NCBI GenBank assembly: GCA_017544665.1
Contig: JAFYDS010000035.1
Coordinates: 1,478-65,477 of the forward strand
Length of the DNA stretch: 64,000 bases
DNA from: Clostridia bacterium
GTDB taxonomy: Bacteria; Bacillota; Clostridia; Oscillospirales; Acutalibacteraceae
Direction: 5' to 3'
Shown: positions 25,513 to 34,391 of the stretch, in pieces
Layout: the number at the start of each line of letters is the position of its first letter
Numbering within the stretch: the stretch's first letter is position 1
Position numbers and translations under genes: made by a program
The notes under the pieces: model-generated
What the model saw: only the letters and a program-made list of their open reading frames with translations
The model's database searches: none
What the model was told of the DNA's origin: nothing

Positions 25513-26832
25513 ATGGGTAAAAAAATAGTGGTTGCCGGCGCGGGACACGGCGGTCTGATCGCCGCGGCGAAGCTGGCGCAGGCGGGCTACGACGTAACGG
25601 TATATGAACGCAAGATCAAAAGCGACCTCGGCTACGACTGGGAGGACGCGATCAATCTGCATATCTTTGCGGAATGCGGACTGGAGACGCCGGATCCCGA
25701 AAAGATCGATTTCAACGGCGACATGAAATACTATAACCCGAACCTCAAGGCGCCTTTGGTGGTGCCGTCCAACGGCAAGGGCTCCGCGATGTTTGAGCGC
25801 AAGAAGCTCTATGAGATCCTCTTGGACAACGCCGAAAAGAGCGGCGTGCGGATCATCTATTCCACCGAGATCCTGGGTCCCGTGATGGACGGTCTGCGCG
25901 TGACCGGCATCCGCACCTCCGACGGCGTGGTGGACGCCGACCTCGTGATCGACGCGGCGGGCATCAACACGCCGCTCCGGTCCCGGCTGCCCGTATGCTG
26001 CAACGTGGACCGCGACTACGGCTACGGCGATTGCTTCTACGCCTACCGTGCCTATTTTGACAAAATCCCAGGGCATGACCCGGACGTGTCGTATGAGATC
26101 TTCCTGATGCATCAGGGCGAGCGGGGCATCTCCTGGGTCGTGACCAAGGACAGCTACGTTGACGTGCTGATCGGCCGCATGGCGCCCATGAGTAAAGAAA
26201 AGCTGCAAAAAACGCTCGACGAGATGCGCGCGTTCAGCCCGCAGATCGGCGAAACCCTGCTGCGCGGCGGCACGCAGGAGCAGATCCCCGTGCGCCGTCC
26301 GCTGTCGGTGATGGTGTGCGACGGCTACGCGGCCGTCGGCGATTCCGCCTACATGACCGAGCCGATGAGCGGCTCCGGCATCTGCGCGTCGATGCGCGCC
26401 GGACTGATCCTTGCAGAGACCGTGATCGAAGACACAGAAGAGCTTTATTCCAAAGAGACCCTTTGGCCCTATAACCGCAAATATATGCTGCACTTCGGCA
26501 AGAACTTTGCTTCGATCGACATCCTCAAAAACGTGCTGCTCTGCACCGCGGTGGAGGGCGTCAACTTCCTGTTCGACAAAGGTATCATCACCGAGAGCGA
26601 CATGTCGTTCGGCCGCGGCAAGAGCGACAAGGGCATGGCGTTCACCGACCTGGTGGCCCGCGCCACCCGCGGCATCGGGAACCTCCCCGTGCTGCTGCGC
26701 ACCGCCGGCGCGCTCAGTAAGGGCGACAACGTCAAAAAAGTCTATGAAGCGATCCCGCAGACCTATCAGGAGGACGCGGTGCTCAAATGGAAGGCGGACG
26801 TGCTGGAGGCCACCACGCTGATGCAGCGCTGA
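25513..26832 (+). CDS. NAD(P)/FAD-dependent oxidoreductase, geranylgeranyl-reductase-like family
   Basis: N-terminal Rossmann 'IVVAGAGHGGLIAAAKLAQAGYDVTVYER' and later 'GDSAYMTEPMSGSG'. AAAAGGAG RBS. Confidence 0.7.
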   Translation: MGKKIVVAGAGHGGLIAAAKLAQAGYDVTVYERKIKSDLGYDWEDAINLHIFAECGLETPDPEKIDFNGDMKYYNPNLKAPLVVPSNGKGSAMFERKKLYEILLDNAEKSGVRIIYSTEILGPVMDGLRVTGIRTSDGVVDADLVIDAAGINTPLRSRLPVCCNVDRDYGYGDCFYAYRAYFDKIPGHDPDVSYEIFLMHQGERGISWVVTKDSYVDVLIGRMAPMSKEKLQKTLDEMRAFSPQIGETLLRGGTQEQIPVRRPLSVMVCDGYAAVGDSAYMTEPMSGSGICASMRAGLILAETVIEDTEELYSKETLWPYNRKYMLHFGKNFASIDILKNVLLCTAVEGVNFLFDKGIITESDMSFGRGKSDKGMAFTDLVARATRGIGNLPVLLRTAGALSKGDNVKKVYEAIPQTYQEDAVLKWKADVLEATTLMQR

Positions 26833-26882
26833 CAGACGGCGCGCCATGACGACAACGAGTAGAGAAAGCAGAGGATTGAAGC

Positions 26883-28382
26883 ATGGGTAAAAAATACGTG
26901 AAGGAACAGACGATCCTGTATCTGTTCAAGTTCGCCATTTCGCTGCTGTTTTCCGGCGCGATGTACTGGCTCTGGGTCGAAAAGTTCAACCCCGCGGCGC
27001 CCACGCCGTTCTATCGCTGGGGTAACTATTTCCTGTTCGTGCTGATGCTGCTGACCTACACGACCTTCGTCAAGGTCTACGGCGGCTTCATGGTCGGCAC
27101 GTCCACCGTCATCGACCTGATCTTCTCGCAGGTGATTGCCATCGGCTTTTTGCAGGGCGTCGCCTACCTGATCTTTTCGCTGATCAGCTACCGGCTGGTG
27201 TCGATCTGGCCGTTTATGCTGATGTTCCTGGCCATGTCCGTGTTCGCGGCGGTCTGGGTCGTCGTGATCGACGCGATCTATTTCAAACTGCACGCGCCGA
27301 AAAAGACGATCGTGGTGTTCAACAACGTGGACGCCTATCTGTCGCTCAAGGGTATCCGCAGCATGGACAAGCGCTTCCGCGTCGTGCGGACGGTGAACTC
27401 CGAAAAGACGAGCCTGGAGGAGCTGTTCTCCTATCTCAAAAAGCTGGACGCCGTCTTCCTTTGCGGCGTGCCGGCGGACTACCGCAACGAGGTGGTCAAA
27501 TACTGTATCGCCCATTCCAAGGTGGCGTATATCAAGCCGAAGATCTCCGACACGATCATCCGCGGCGGCAAGACGATCCAGCTGATGGACGTTCCGGTTT
27601 ACCGCTGCAAGCGCAGCAACTCGAGCCTGATCTATAAGGTGATGAAACGCGGGATGGACATCGTCCTCTCCGCAATCGCCATCGTGATCTCTTCGCCTGT
27701 GATGCTGCTGACGGCGATCGCGATCAAGCTCGACGACCACGGTCCCGTGTTCTATAAGCAAAGACGTCTGACGCTCAACGGGAAAGAATTCGATATCATC
27801 AAGTTCCGCTCCATGCGCTGCGACGCCGAAAAAGACGGCGTGGCACGGCTGGCGGGAGACAACGACGACCGCATCACCCATGTCGGCGCGTTCATCCGCA
27901 AATGCCGGATCGACGAGCTGCCCCAGATCTTCAACATCTTCCTTGGGCAGATGTCGATGGTCGGTCCGCGCCCGGAGCGTCCCGAGATCGCGAAGGAGTA
28001 CGAGGACGTGATGCCGGAGTTCGCGCTGCGGCTGCAGGTGAAGGCGGGTCTGACCGGCTACGCGCAGGTCTACGGCAAATATAACACAACGCCCTATGAC
28101 AAGGTCCAGATGGATCTGATCTATGTGGCGCGGCAGTCGTTTATGGAAGATATCCGTCTGATGCTGATGACGTTCAAGATCCTCTTTGTGCCCTCGAGCA
28201 CGGAGGGCGTCGGCGCCGACCAGAGAACGGCCCAGCGCAAAGACGCGGACAAGGACGCGCCGGCGGATGAACCGGCAGAGGAACCGGCAGATGAACCGGT
28301 AGAGGAACCAAAAGAAGAGATTACCGCTTCACCCGCAGGAGAGCCGGGCGAAGCGACCGAGGAAGAACCGAACGAAGCGTAA
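26883..28382 (+). CDS. Polyprenyl-phosphate glycosyl-1-phosphate transferase (bacterial sugar transferase, WbaP/EpsE-like)
   Basis: N-terminal TM segments. 'KRGMDIVLS...PVFYKQRRLTLNGKEFDIIKFRSM...RIDELPQIFNIFLGQMSMVGPRPERPE'. Confidence 0.85.
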   Translation: MGKKYVKEQTILYLFKFAISLLFSGAMYWLWVEKFNPAAPTPFYRWGNYFLFVLMLLTYTTFVKVYGGFMVGTSTVIDLIFSQVIAIGFLQGVAYLIFSLISYRLVSIWPFMLMFLAMSVFAAVWVVVIDAIYFKLHAPKKTIVVFNNVDAYLSLKGIRSMDKRFRVVRTVNSEKTSLEELFSYLKKLDAVFLCGVPADYRNEVVKYCIAHSKVAYIKPKISDTIIRGGKTIQLMDVPVYRCKRSNSSLIYKVMKRGMDIVLSAIAIVISSPVMLLTAIAIKLDDHGPVFYKQRRLTLNGKEFDIIKFRSMRCDAEKDGVARLAGDNDDRITHVGAFIRKCRIDELPQIFNIFLGQMSMVGPRPERPEIAKEYEDVMPEFALRLQVKAGLTGYAQVYGKYNTTPYDKVQMDLIYVARQSFMEDIRLMLMTFKILFVPSSTEGVGADQRTAQRKDADKDAPADEPAEEPADEPVEEPKEEITASPAGEPGEATEEEPNEA

Positions 28383-28395
28383 AGAGGGGAACGAA

Positions 28396-29178
28396 ATGAA
28401 GATCGCAGTCGTGACCGGCGCGTCGAGCGGGATCGGTCTGGAAACGGCAAAGCTGCTGAGCGAAAACGGCTACCATGTTTACGGGCTGAGCCGCCGCGTA
28501 GGAGAAGACGTTGAAACGCTGCGCCACCTCTCGTGCGACGTGACGGACGAAGCGCAGGTACAGGCGGCGTTTCAGACCGTGTTTGAACGTGAAGGACGGC
28601 TGGACCTTCTGGTGAACAACGCCGGCTTCGGGATCTCCGGCGCCGTGGAGGACACGGCGCTCGACAGCGCAAAAAAACAGCTCGACGTTAACTTCTTCGG
28701 CTGCTTCCTTTGCTGTAAGGCGGCGGTGCCCTATCTGCGGCAAAGCGGCGGCCGGATCATCAACATCAGCTCGATGGCGGCGGTCCTGTCGATTCCGTTC
28801 CAAAGTTTTTATTCCGCCTCCAAAAGCGCGATCAACGCGCTGACGCTCGCCCTCGCGAACGAGGTGCGTCCGTTTAATATCACCGTCTGCGCGCTCATGC
28901 CGGGCGACGTGAAGACCGGTTTTACCGCCGCGCGCGAAAAGAGCGAAAGCTCCGGCGCTTATGAAGCCGTCGTCCAAAAGAGCGTCGCGACGATGGAGCA
29001 CGACGAACAGAACGGTATGACACCGCGCCAGCTTGCCGAAGCCGTTTTTCATCTCGCGACAAAGAAACATCCGAAGCCCCTTTCGACCTGCGGCACGCAG
29101 TACAAAGTGTTCGCCGTTCTGCAAAAGGCGCTGCCGCAGCGGCTGGTCAACGCCATTGTGGGCAAGATCTATACCTGA
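28396..29178 (+). CDS. SDR family oxidoreductase
   Basis: 'TGASSGIG', 'NNAG', 'YSASK'. Confidence 0.9.
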   Translation: MKIAVVTGASSGIGLETAKLLSENGYHVYGLSRRVGEDVETLRHLSCDVTDEAQVQAAFQTVFEREGRLDLLVNNAGFGISGAVEDTALDSAKKQLDVNFFGCFLCCKAAVPYLRQSGGRIINISSMAAVLSIPFQSFYSASKSAINALTLALANEVRPFNITVCALMPGDVKTGFTAAREKSESSGAYEAVVQKSVATMEHDEQNGMTPRQLAEAVFHLATKKHPKPLSTCGTQYKVFAVLQKALPQRLVNAIVGKIYT

Positions 29179-29188
29179 GGTGACAACC

Positions 29189-30163
29189 ATGGAGCCTTAT
29201 CAACCGCCGTTTGACGTGTTTGCCGCCAAACGGGAAAAACGCGAGATTCGCCTGCTCGGCACGCTGTCGGGCGGCGCGATTTTGCTTTATATTCTGCTGC
29301 AGAACGTATTGGTGACCGGACTGGCACTGCTCGGACTGTACCAGGCGTACACCACACAGCCGCTGATGCAGGCGGGCGTGGATATCCTTCTGGTGATCGT
29401 GTGCCTGCTGCTGCCGTTTCTCGCGGCGGGCAAGGGAATGGCGCGCGTGACCGGGATCCGGGATCCGCTCATGCTCGGCGCGCCGCAATCGGGCGGCAGT
29501 CTGCTGCTCGCGATCCCCGCCGGCGTCGGCTTCTGTGTCCTCGCCAACACGGTCTCCGGCTATCTGATCGCGTTTCTGGAATCGTTCGGGCTGGAACTGT
29601 CTTCCCCCGATCTGCCGCTGCCGGACGGCCCGCTCGGCATCCTTGTCTCGTTCTTCCGCGTCGTGGTCGTCGCCGCGATGGTGGAGGAGCTGTGTTTCCG
29701 CGGCGTGGTGATGGGTCATCTGCGCCGCTACGGCGACGGCTTTGCCATTGTGATGGCGTCGCTCGTGTTCGCAATGATGCACTGCAACCTCATTCAGGCG
29801 CCGTTCGCGCTGATCGTCGGTTTTGCGCTGGGCTACCTGAGCATCCGCACCGGCACGCTCTGGACGGGGATCGTGATCCACGCGGTGAACAACACCGTGT
29901 CGCTCGTGTTTACCTATCTGATGGAGCGGATGGACGAAAACGTGGTCGGATTGCTGTACAGCGTTGTGACCTATGCGCTGCTTTTTGTCGGGGCGATCTG
30001 CTTTCTCGTTCTGCTGCTGCGCCGTCCGCGCCGCGCTGCGGCTGTCCGGACAGAGAACACCTTCGGCGCAAAAACGCTCGCGTTTTTCCTGAACCCGACG
30101 ATGCTGCCGGCGCTGGCGCTGATCGTCTGGTTCACGGCGAAATTTGTGGATACGGCGGGGTGA
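29189..30163 (+). CDS. CPBP family intramembrane glutamic endopeptidase
   Basis: 'EELCFRG', 'FAMMH', 'HAVNN'. Start at MEPYQPP. Confidence 0.8.
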   Translation: MEPYQPPFDVFAAKREKREIRLLGTLSGGAILLYILLQNVLVTGLALLGLYQAYTTQPLMQAGVDILLVIVCLLLPFLAAGKGMARVTGIRDPLMLGAPQSGGSLLLAIPAGVGFCVLANTVSGYLIAFLESFGLELSSPDLPLPDGPLGILVSFFRVVVVAAMVEELCFRGVVMGHLRRYGDGFAIVMASLVFAMMHCNLIQAPFALIVGFALGYLSIRTGTLWTGIVIHAVNNTVSLVFTYLMERMDENVVGLLYSVVTYALLFVGAICFLVLLLRRPRRAAAVRTENTFGAKTLAFFLNPTMLPALALIVWFTAKFVDTAG

Positions 30164-30167
30164 CGGG

Positions 30168-30650
30168 ATGCAGCAGTTTGTGGAAGAAGCCCTGCGCCTC
30201 GCGCGGGAAGCCGCGGCGGCGGGCGAAGTCCCCGTCGGCGCCGTCATAACGGAAAACGGCGTGATGATCGGTCGCGGCCGCAACCGCCGCGAAGAAGAAA
30301 ACGACGTTGCGGCGCACGCGGAAATCGAAGCGATTCGCGACGCGGCAAAAAGAAAAGGCGACTGGCGGCTGAACGGCTGTACGCTCTATGTGACGCTCGA
30401 ACCCTGCGCGATGTGCTGCGGCGCGATTATGCACGCGCGGCTTTCCCGTGTGGTCTTCGGCGCGTATGACGAAGCGGCCGGCGCTGTGGTGAGCCGGGCG
30501 TCTTTGCTCGACGGCGCGCTTGCGCCCGCGCCGCAGGTGATCGGCGGCCTGCGCGCGGAAGAGAGCGAACGGCTGCTGCGCGATTTCTTCGCCGAACGCA
30601 GAAGAAACGAGCCGCAGCGACTTGACAAAGCGGACGAAAACGGGGTATAA
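30168..30650 (+). CDS. tadA: tRNA adenosine(34) deaminase
   Basis: 'HAEIEAI' and 'PCAMCCGA' zinc motifs. Start at MQQFVEE. Confidence 0.9.
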   Translation: MQQFVEEALRLAREAAAAGEVPVGAVITENGVMIGRGRNRREEENDVAAHAEIEAIRDAAKRKGDWRLNGCTLYVTLEPCAMCCGAIMHARLSRVVFGAYDEAAGAVVSRASLLDGALAPAPQVIGGLRAEESERLLRDFFAERRRNEPQRLDKADENGV

Positions 30651-30709
30651 TCGCTGTAATGCGAGAACTACCGTTTCGCAATATAAAAACCTGAAAGGGG
30701 ATATCATCT

Positions 30710-31567
30710 ATGAAAAAAGCAGTATCCATTCTTCTTGTGCTGGCTGTGCTGACTGCAAGCCTGTTCGCGCTGGCTGCCTGCGGCGGCAAGGAAACGCTGA
30801 CGATCGCCGTGCCGAACGACACGACCAACGAAGCGCGCGCCCTGATTCTGCTCCAGGAAAACGGCATCATCAAGCTGAAGGACGGCGCCGGTATCACCGC
30901 TACGATCAACGACATCGTGGAAAACCCGCTGAACATTTCCTTTAAGGAAGTCGAAGCCGCGCAGATCCCGAGCATCCTACCCGACGTGGACTACGCTATC
31001 ATCAACTCGAACTACGCAATCGCCGCGGGCATGAAGCCGGCAGAAGAGAGTCTGCTCATTGAAGGCGCCTACAGCGCGTACTCCAACATCGTTGCCGTCA
31101 AGAACGGGGACGAGACGAAGGACAGCATCAAGGCGCTCGTCGCCGCGCTGGAGAGCAAGGACGTCGCCGATTACATCGCCGCCAGCTATGACGGCGCCGT
31201 GATCTCCGTGGTCGAGAACCCGGGCGACGGCTATGCCGCCGACGTCGATTACGACGCGCTCAAGGGCACCGAGATCAGCGTTGCCGCATCTCCCGCCCCG
31301 CACGCGGAGATCCTCGAAGTGGCGAAGGAGATCCTTGCGAAGAAGGACGTCACCCTCAAGATCGTGGAATTCACCGACTATGTCCAGCCGAACAAAGTGG
31401 TTGACAGCGGTGAGATGGACGCGAACTACTTCCAGCACTTCCCGTATCTCGACGACTTCAACAAAGAGCAGGGCACCGACCTTGTGAACGCGGCAGACAT
31501 CCATGTGGAGCCGATGGGCCTTTACGGCGGCCGTCAGACCACGCTGGACGCGCTGAACGTGGGATAA
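30710..31567 (+). CDS. metQ: MetQ/NlpA family lipoprotein (methionine-type ABC substrate-binding protein), no cognate permease or ATPase in window
   Basis: Lipobox 'LAACGG'. NlpA-like sequence throughout. Confidence 0.8.
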   Translation: MKKAVSILLVLAVLTASLFALAACGGKETLTIAVPNDTTNEARALILLQENGIIKLKDGAGITATINDIVENPLNISFKEVEAAQIPSILPDVDYAIINSNYAIAAGMKPAEESLLIEGAYSAYSNIVAVKNGDETKDSIKALVAALESKDVADYIAASYDGAVISVVENPGDGYAADVDYDALKGTEISVAASPAPHAEILEVAKEILAKKDVTLKIVEFTDYVQPNKVVDSGEMDANYFQHFPYLDDFNKEQGTDLVNAADIHVEPMGLYGGRQTTLDALNVG

Positions 31568-31587
31568 GTTTTTTCAAATCAACACAG

Positions 31588-31618
31588 AAAACGCCGCCCG
31601 ACCGGGCGGCGTTTTTTT
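31588..31618. terminator. Bidirectional intrinsic terminator
   Basis: aaaacgccgccc-gacc-gggcggcgttttttt between convergent metQ and GH130. Confidence 0.8.
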
Positions 31619-31645
31619 GTGCTTTTATTCGGCTCTTTTGCAGAC

Positions 31646-32596
31646 TCATTTGATCAGATCGTGCGCTTTGATATAATCGACCACCTCGTCAACGGTGGTG
31701 AACGCAAGCGCGACGGTGGTGTCCGCGGCGCCGTAATAAATTGCGATCCGTCCGGTTGCGGCGTCGGTCAGCGCGGCGCACGGGAACACGACGTTCGGCA
31801 CGTCGCCGACGGTTTCATAGAGCTCGTGCGGCGCAAGCAGGAAGCTGTCTGCGCGGTGCAGCACCTTCCACGGCTCGTCCTTGTCCAAAATGGCGGCGCC
31901 CATGCTGTAGGTAAAACCGTTGCAACTGGTCAGTACGCCGTGGTAGAACAGCAGCCAGCCCTCGTCCGTTTCGATTGGCGTCGGTCCGGCGCCGATCTTG
32001 GTCATCTCCCAGTTTTGGACGGGTTCCATCACAAACCGGTAGTTGCCCCAGTAGTTCAGATCTTTACTGCGCTGGATGAAGATGTCGCCGTAGGGCGTGT
32101 GGCCTCTGTCGCAGGGACGCACGAGCAGCACATATTCGCCGCCGATCTTCTTCGGGAACAAAACGCCGTTGCGCGTGACGGGGTAGGTGGCGTCCTCCAG
32201 CTGAGTCCACGCCTTGAAGTCCTCCGTGACCGCGACGCCGATCGTCGTGCCGTGGGGTGTGAGATTCACCCACGTGAGATAGTACTTTCCCTCGATCTCG
32301 CACAGCCGCGGGTCGTAGCCGTTGAAGATCACCTTGTCGTCCAGATCCCAGTGGATGGCGTCCTTGCTGTAGCCGACGACGAGGGTGTGGTACCGCGTTC
32401 TGTCGTCCACCCGGAACACGCCCGCAAACCCGTCGCCGTACGGCACGACCGCGGAATTGAAGATGCTGTTCGCAAAGAACAGATTGTCCCTTGTGATGAT
32501 CGGGTTTTCGGTGTACCGCCAGACGGGATAGGGGTAGCCTGCGGGTTTCTCCTGCCAGGGAATGTTTTTGATTGCCGGACCAAGAATCTTTGCCAT
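31646..32596 (-). CDS. Glycoside hydrolase family 130 (beta-mannoside phosphorylase-type)
   Basis: 'NSAVVPYGDGFAGVFRVDD', 'GVLFPKKIGGEY', 'GWLLFYHGV', 'IYYGAADT'. AGGAGG RBS. Confidence 0.85.
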   Translation of the reverse strand: MAKILGPAIKNIPWQEKPAGYPYPVWRYTENPIITRDNLFFANSIFNSAVVPYGDGFAGVFRVDDRTRYHTLVVGYSKDAIHWDLDDKVIFNGYDPRLCEIEGKYYLTWVNLTPHGTTIGVAVTEDFKAWTQLEDATYPVTRNGVLFPKKIGGEYVLLVRPCDRGHTPYGDIFIQRSKDLNYWGNYRFVMEPVQNWEMTKIGAGPTPIETDEGWLLFYHGVLTSCNGFTYSMGAAILDKDEPWKVLHRADSFLLAPHELYETVGDVPNVVFPCAALTDAATGRIAIYYGAADTTVALAFTTVDEVVDYIKAHDLIK

Positions 32597-32608
32597 GTGG
32601 TTCGCCTC

Positions 32609-34078
32609 CTATTTTGTGATTTGAATCGTGATGTTGTTTTTGCCTGCGTCGGTTTTGACGCCGATGAGGCTTGCGCCGTTTTCATACAGCTCGATGATGC
32701 TGTAATCCAGTTCATCGGGTATGACGAACGGTTTGTGTACATAAATGAGACTTTCGCCCGCTTCGCCGGCGTTGAAGCTGAGCTGGAACACATCGGTTTC
32801 TCTGTCGTAGCCGTAGCGGATGATCTCGCCCGCGACTGCTACCGGATGCGTGCGGGAAAGCATCGTCATCAGCGGCGCGTCCATATCGTCGCCGTGGTAA
32901 TCCCAGTAGAGCTGGCCCCATTGCATTTCGTCGAAGAAATCGAGCAGTTCGAACGCGTGGGGGAACCACGACGTGTCGGTATTGTCGCTGCAGCCGCCCC
33001 ATTCGCCGACGACCACGGGCACGTTCAGCCGCAGCTGCGTGCGACGCATCTCGCCGAAAAAGGCCTTCACGCGGGACGCGTTCGCGTACTGATACAGCGG
33101 CGTGTCGACCGAAAAGTCGTAGGCGTGCGGGCCGAAGCACTGGTTTTTCTCGCGGACGCCGTTCACGGTGATCGGCGGTGCGGACTGCTTAATCCCGGTG
33201 TTGCAGATATAGCTTTGTTCCATCATCACGATCCCGTTGTCCGTGACTTCCCGGATCGCGGCGGTGGTCTTGTTCAGGAACGGAGAATACTTTTCCAGAT
33301 CGAATTTTGCCTCAAGGGGATCGATCTTTCGGACGGCGTCGCGGATCACGTCGCCGCCGATACAGTCGAGGATCGTCCGGGTGTCCCGTTTCAGCGCGGC
33401 TTTGAAGAGCTTGCCGCGGGGCACCTTTTTGTTGAAAGCGACGGTTTTTGCAACGCCGCTCACGAGCCGGATAAACATCCGGTTGCTGCAGGAACCCGGG
33501 AACGGCTCGTTCATCAGGTCGTAGCCGAAGAGCGCGGGACTGTTCCCGTAGCGCCGGGCGAGCATCTGCCAGAGATCGCAGTAGCGGTCCTGCAGCCCCT
33601 TGCCCAGAACGGGGGTGTTGTTCCAGAAATGGTCGAACTCCTTTCGCACCCATCTGCCAAGAAAATAGCCGTCCGCCCAGACGAACAGCGGCATCCTCGG
33701 CTTTGCACCGTCGGTGACCGCAGCCCAGTTCGGCGCGCCGTCGCCGACGCACTTGCCGTCGTTTTGCGAATACAGATCCTGATGCAGATCGAGCAAAATG
33801 TAAACGCCGTATTGTTCAGCAAGCGCAAAGATTTCATCCAAAGACTGCAGATAGCTTTCGTTATACTGTTCAGGCTTGGGCTCCAGATTCTGCCAGGTGA
33901 CCGCCAAGCGGATAAGGTCGAAGCCGTTTGCCCGGTACTTTTTGAAAAACGCCTCGTCCAGCGGATAGCGGAACGCTGTGCAGTCAACGAGCTTATCGTC
34001 GATATTCATCCCGTTGAAAATCCTTGTTCTGCCCTGCTCGTCCACAAACCGCAGGGCGCTTGTTTGAATCTTCTGCAA
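32609..34078 (-). CDS. Glycoside hydrolase family 5
   Basis: 'IRLAVTWQNLEP', 'ILLDLHQD', 'YDLMNEPF'. I prefer the TTG start at 34078 (AAAGGAGG 7 nt upstream) over the ATG at 34144. Confidence 0.8.
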   Translation of the reverse strand: MQKIQTSALRFVDEQGRTRIFNGMNIDDKLVDCTAFRYPLDEAFFKKYRANGFDLIRLAVTWQNLEPKPEQYNESYLQSLDEIFALAEQYGVYILLDLHQDLYSQNDGKCVGDGAPNWAAVTDGAKPRMPLFVWADGYFLGRWVRKEFDHFWNNTPVLGKGLQDRYCDLWQMLARRYGNSPALFGYDLMNEPFPGSCSNRMFIRLVSGVAKTVAFNKKVPRGKLFKAALKRDTRTILDCIGGDVIRDAVRKIDPLEAKFDLEKYSPFLNKTTAAIREVTDNGIVMMEQSYICNTGIKQSAPPITVNGVREKNQCFGPHAYDFSVDTPLYQYANASRVKAFFGEMRRTQLRLNVPVVVGEWGGCSDNTDTSWFPHAFELLDFFDEMQWGQLYWDYHGDDMDAPLMTMLSRTHPVAVAGEIIRYGYDRETDVFQLSFNAGEAGESLIYVHKPFVIPDELDYSIIELYENGASLIGVKTDAGKNNITIQITK

Positions 34079-34171
34079 AGCCGCAACCTCCTTTGGAAAT
34101 TTTAATATAATCTCAGTATAGCATATTTTACCCTTGCAGTTCAAGAGGATAAAAATGAAGATTTATGTGAC

Positions 34172-34219
34172 AAAGAAAGAGCCGGCAACGCACCACGAAA
34201 GGGCTTGCCGGCTTTTCTT
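34172..34219 (-). terminator. Intrinsic terminator after tRNA-Arg
   Basis: gccggcaa...ttgccggc stem flanked by pyrimidine and T runs on the minus strand. Confidence 0.6.
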
Positions 34220-34236
34220 GGTATCTGAAATCCAGA

Positions 34237-34311
34237 TTGGCACCCCCTGGGGGAATCGAACCCTCAACTGACCCTTAGGAGGGGTCTGTTATATCCATTT
34301 AACTAAGGAGG
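34237..34311 (-). tRNA. tRNA-Arg (anticodon CCT), CCA encoded
   Basis: Hand-folded cloverleaf, 75 nt. Acceptor GCCTCCT/AGGGGGT (2 G-U pairs), D-arm GTTA/TAAC, anticodon stem GACCC/GGGTC, loop CTCCTAA, T-loop TTCGATT. Confidence 0.9.
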
Positions 34312-34331
34312 CATGTATTGCAAATAGTAAT

Positions 34332-34372
34332 CGGACGCATTTGATTGTAGCACCAAATGCGTCCGTTGTCAA
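34332..34372 (-). promoter_or_regulatory. tRNA-Arg promoter embedded in a perfect 12-bp inverted repeat
   Basis: Minus strand TTGACA (34367-72)-17 nt-TACAAT (34344-49). The arms cggacgcatttg (34332-43) and caaatgcgtccg (34354-65) bracket the -10. Confidence 0.6.
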
Positions 34373-34391
34373 TGGTTCTCGTTTTCTTTGC

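Noticed and set aside
28321-30283. 289-aa and 378-aa minus-strand ORFs
   Set aside because: Antisense to the SDR (TGASSGIG, YSASK) and CPBP (EELCFRG) genes.
31619-34105. 828-aa plus-strand ORF
   Set aside because: It is antisense to clearly recognisable GH130 and GH5 genes. Arg/Val/Ala/Asp/His-rich composition, no RBS, no motifs. A typical high-GC shadow ORF.
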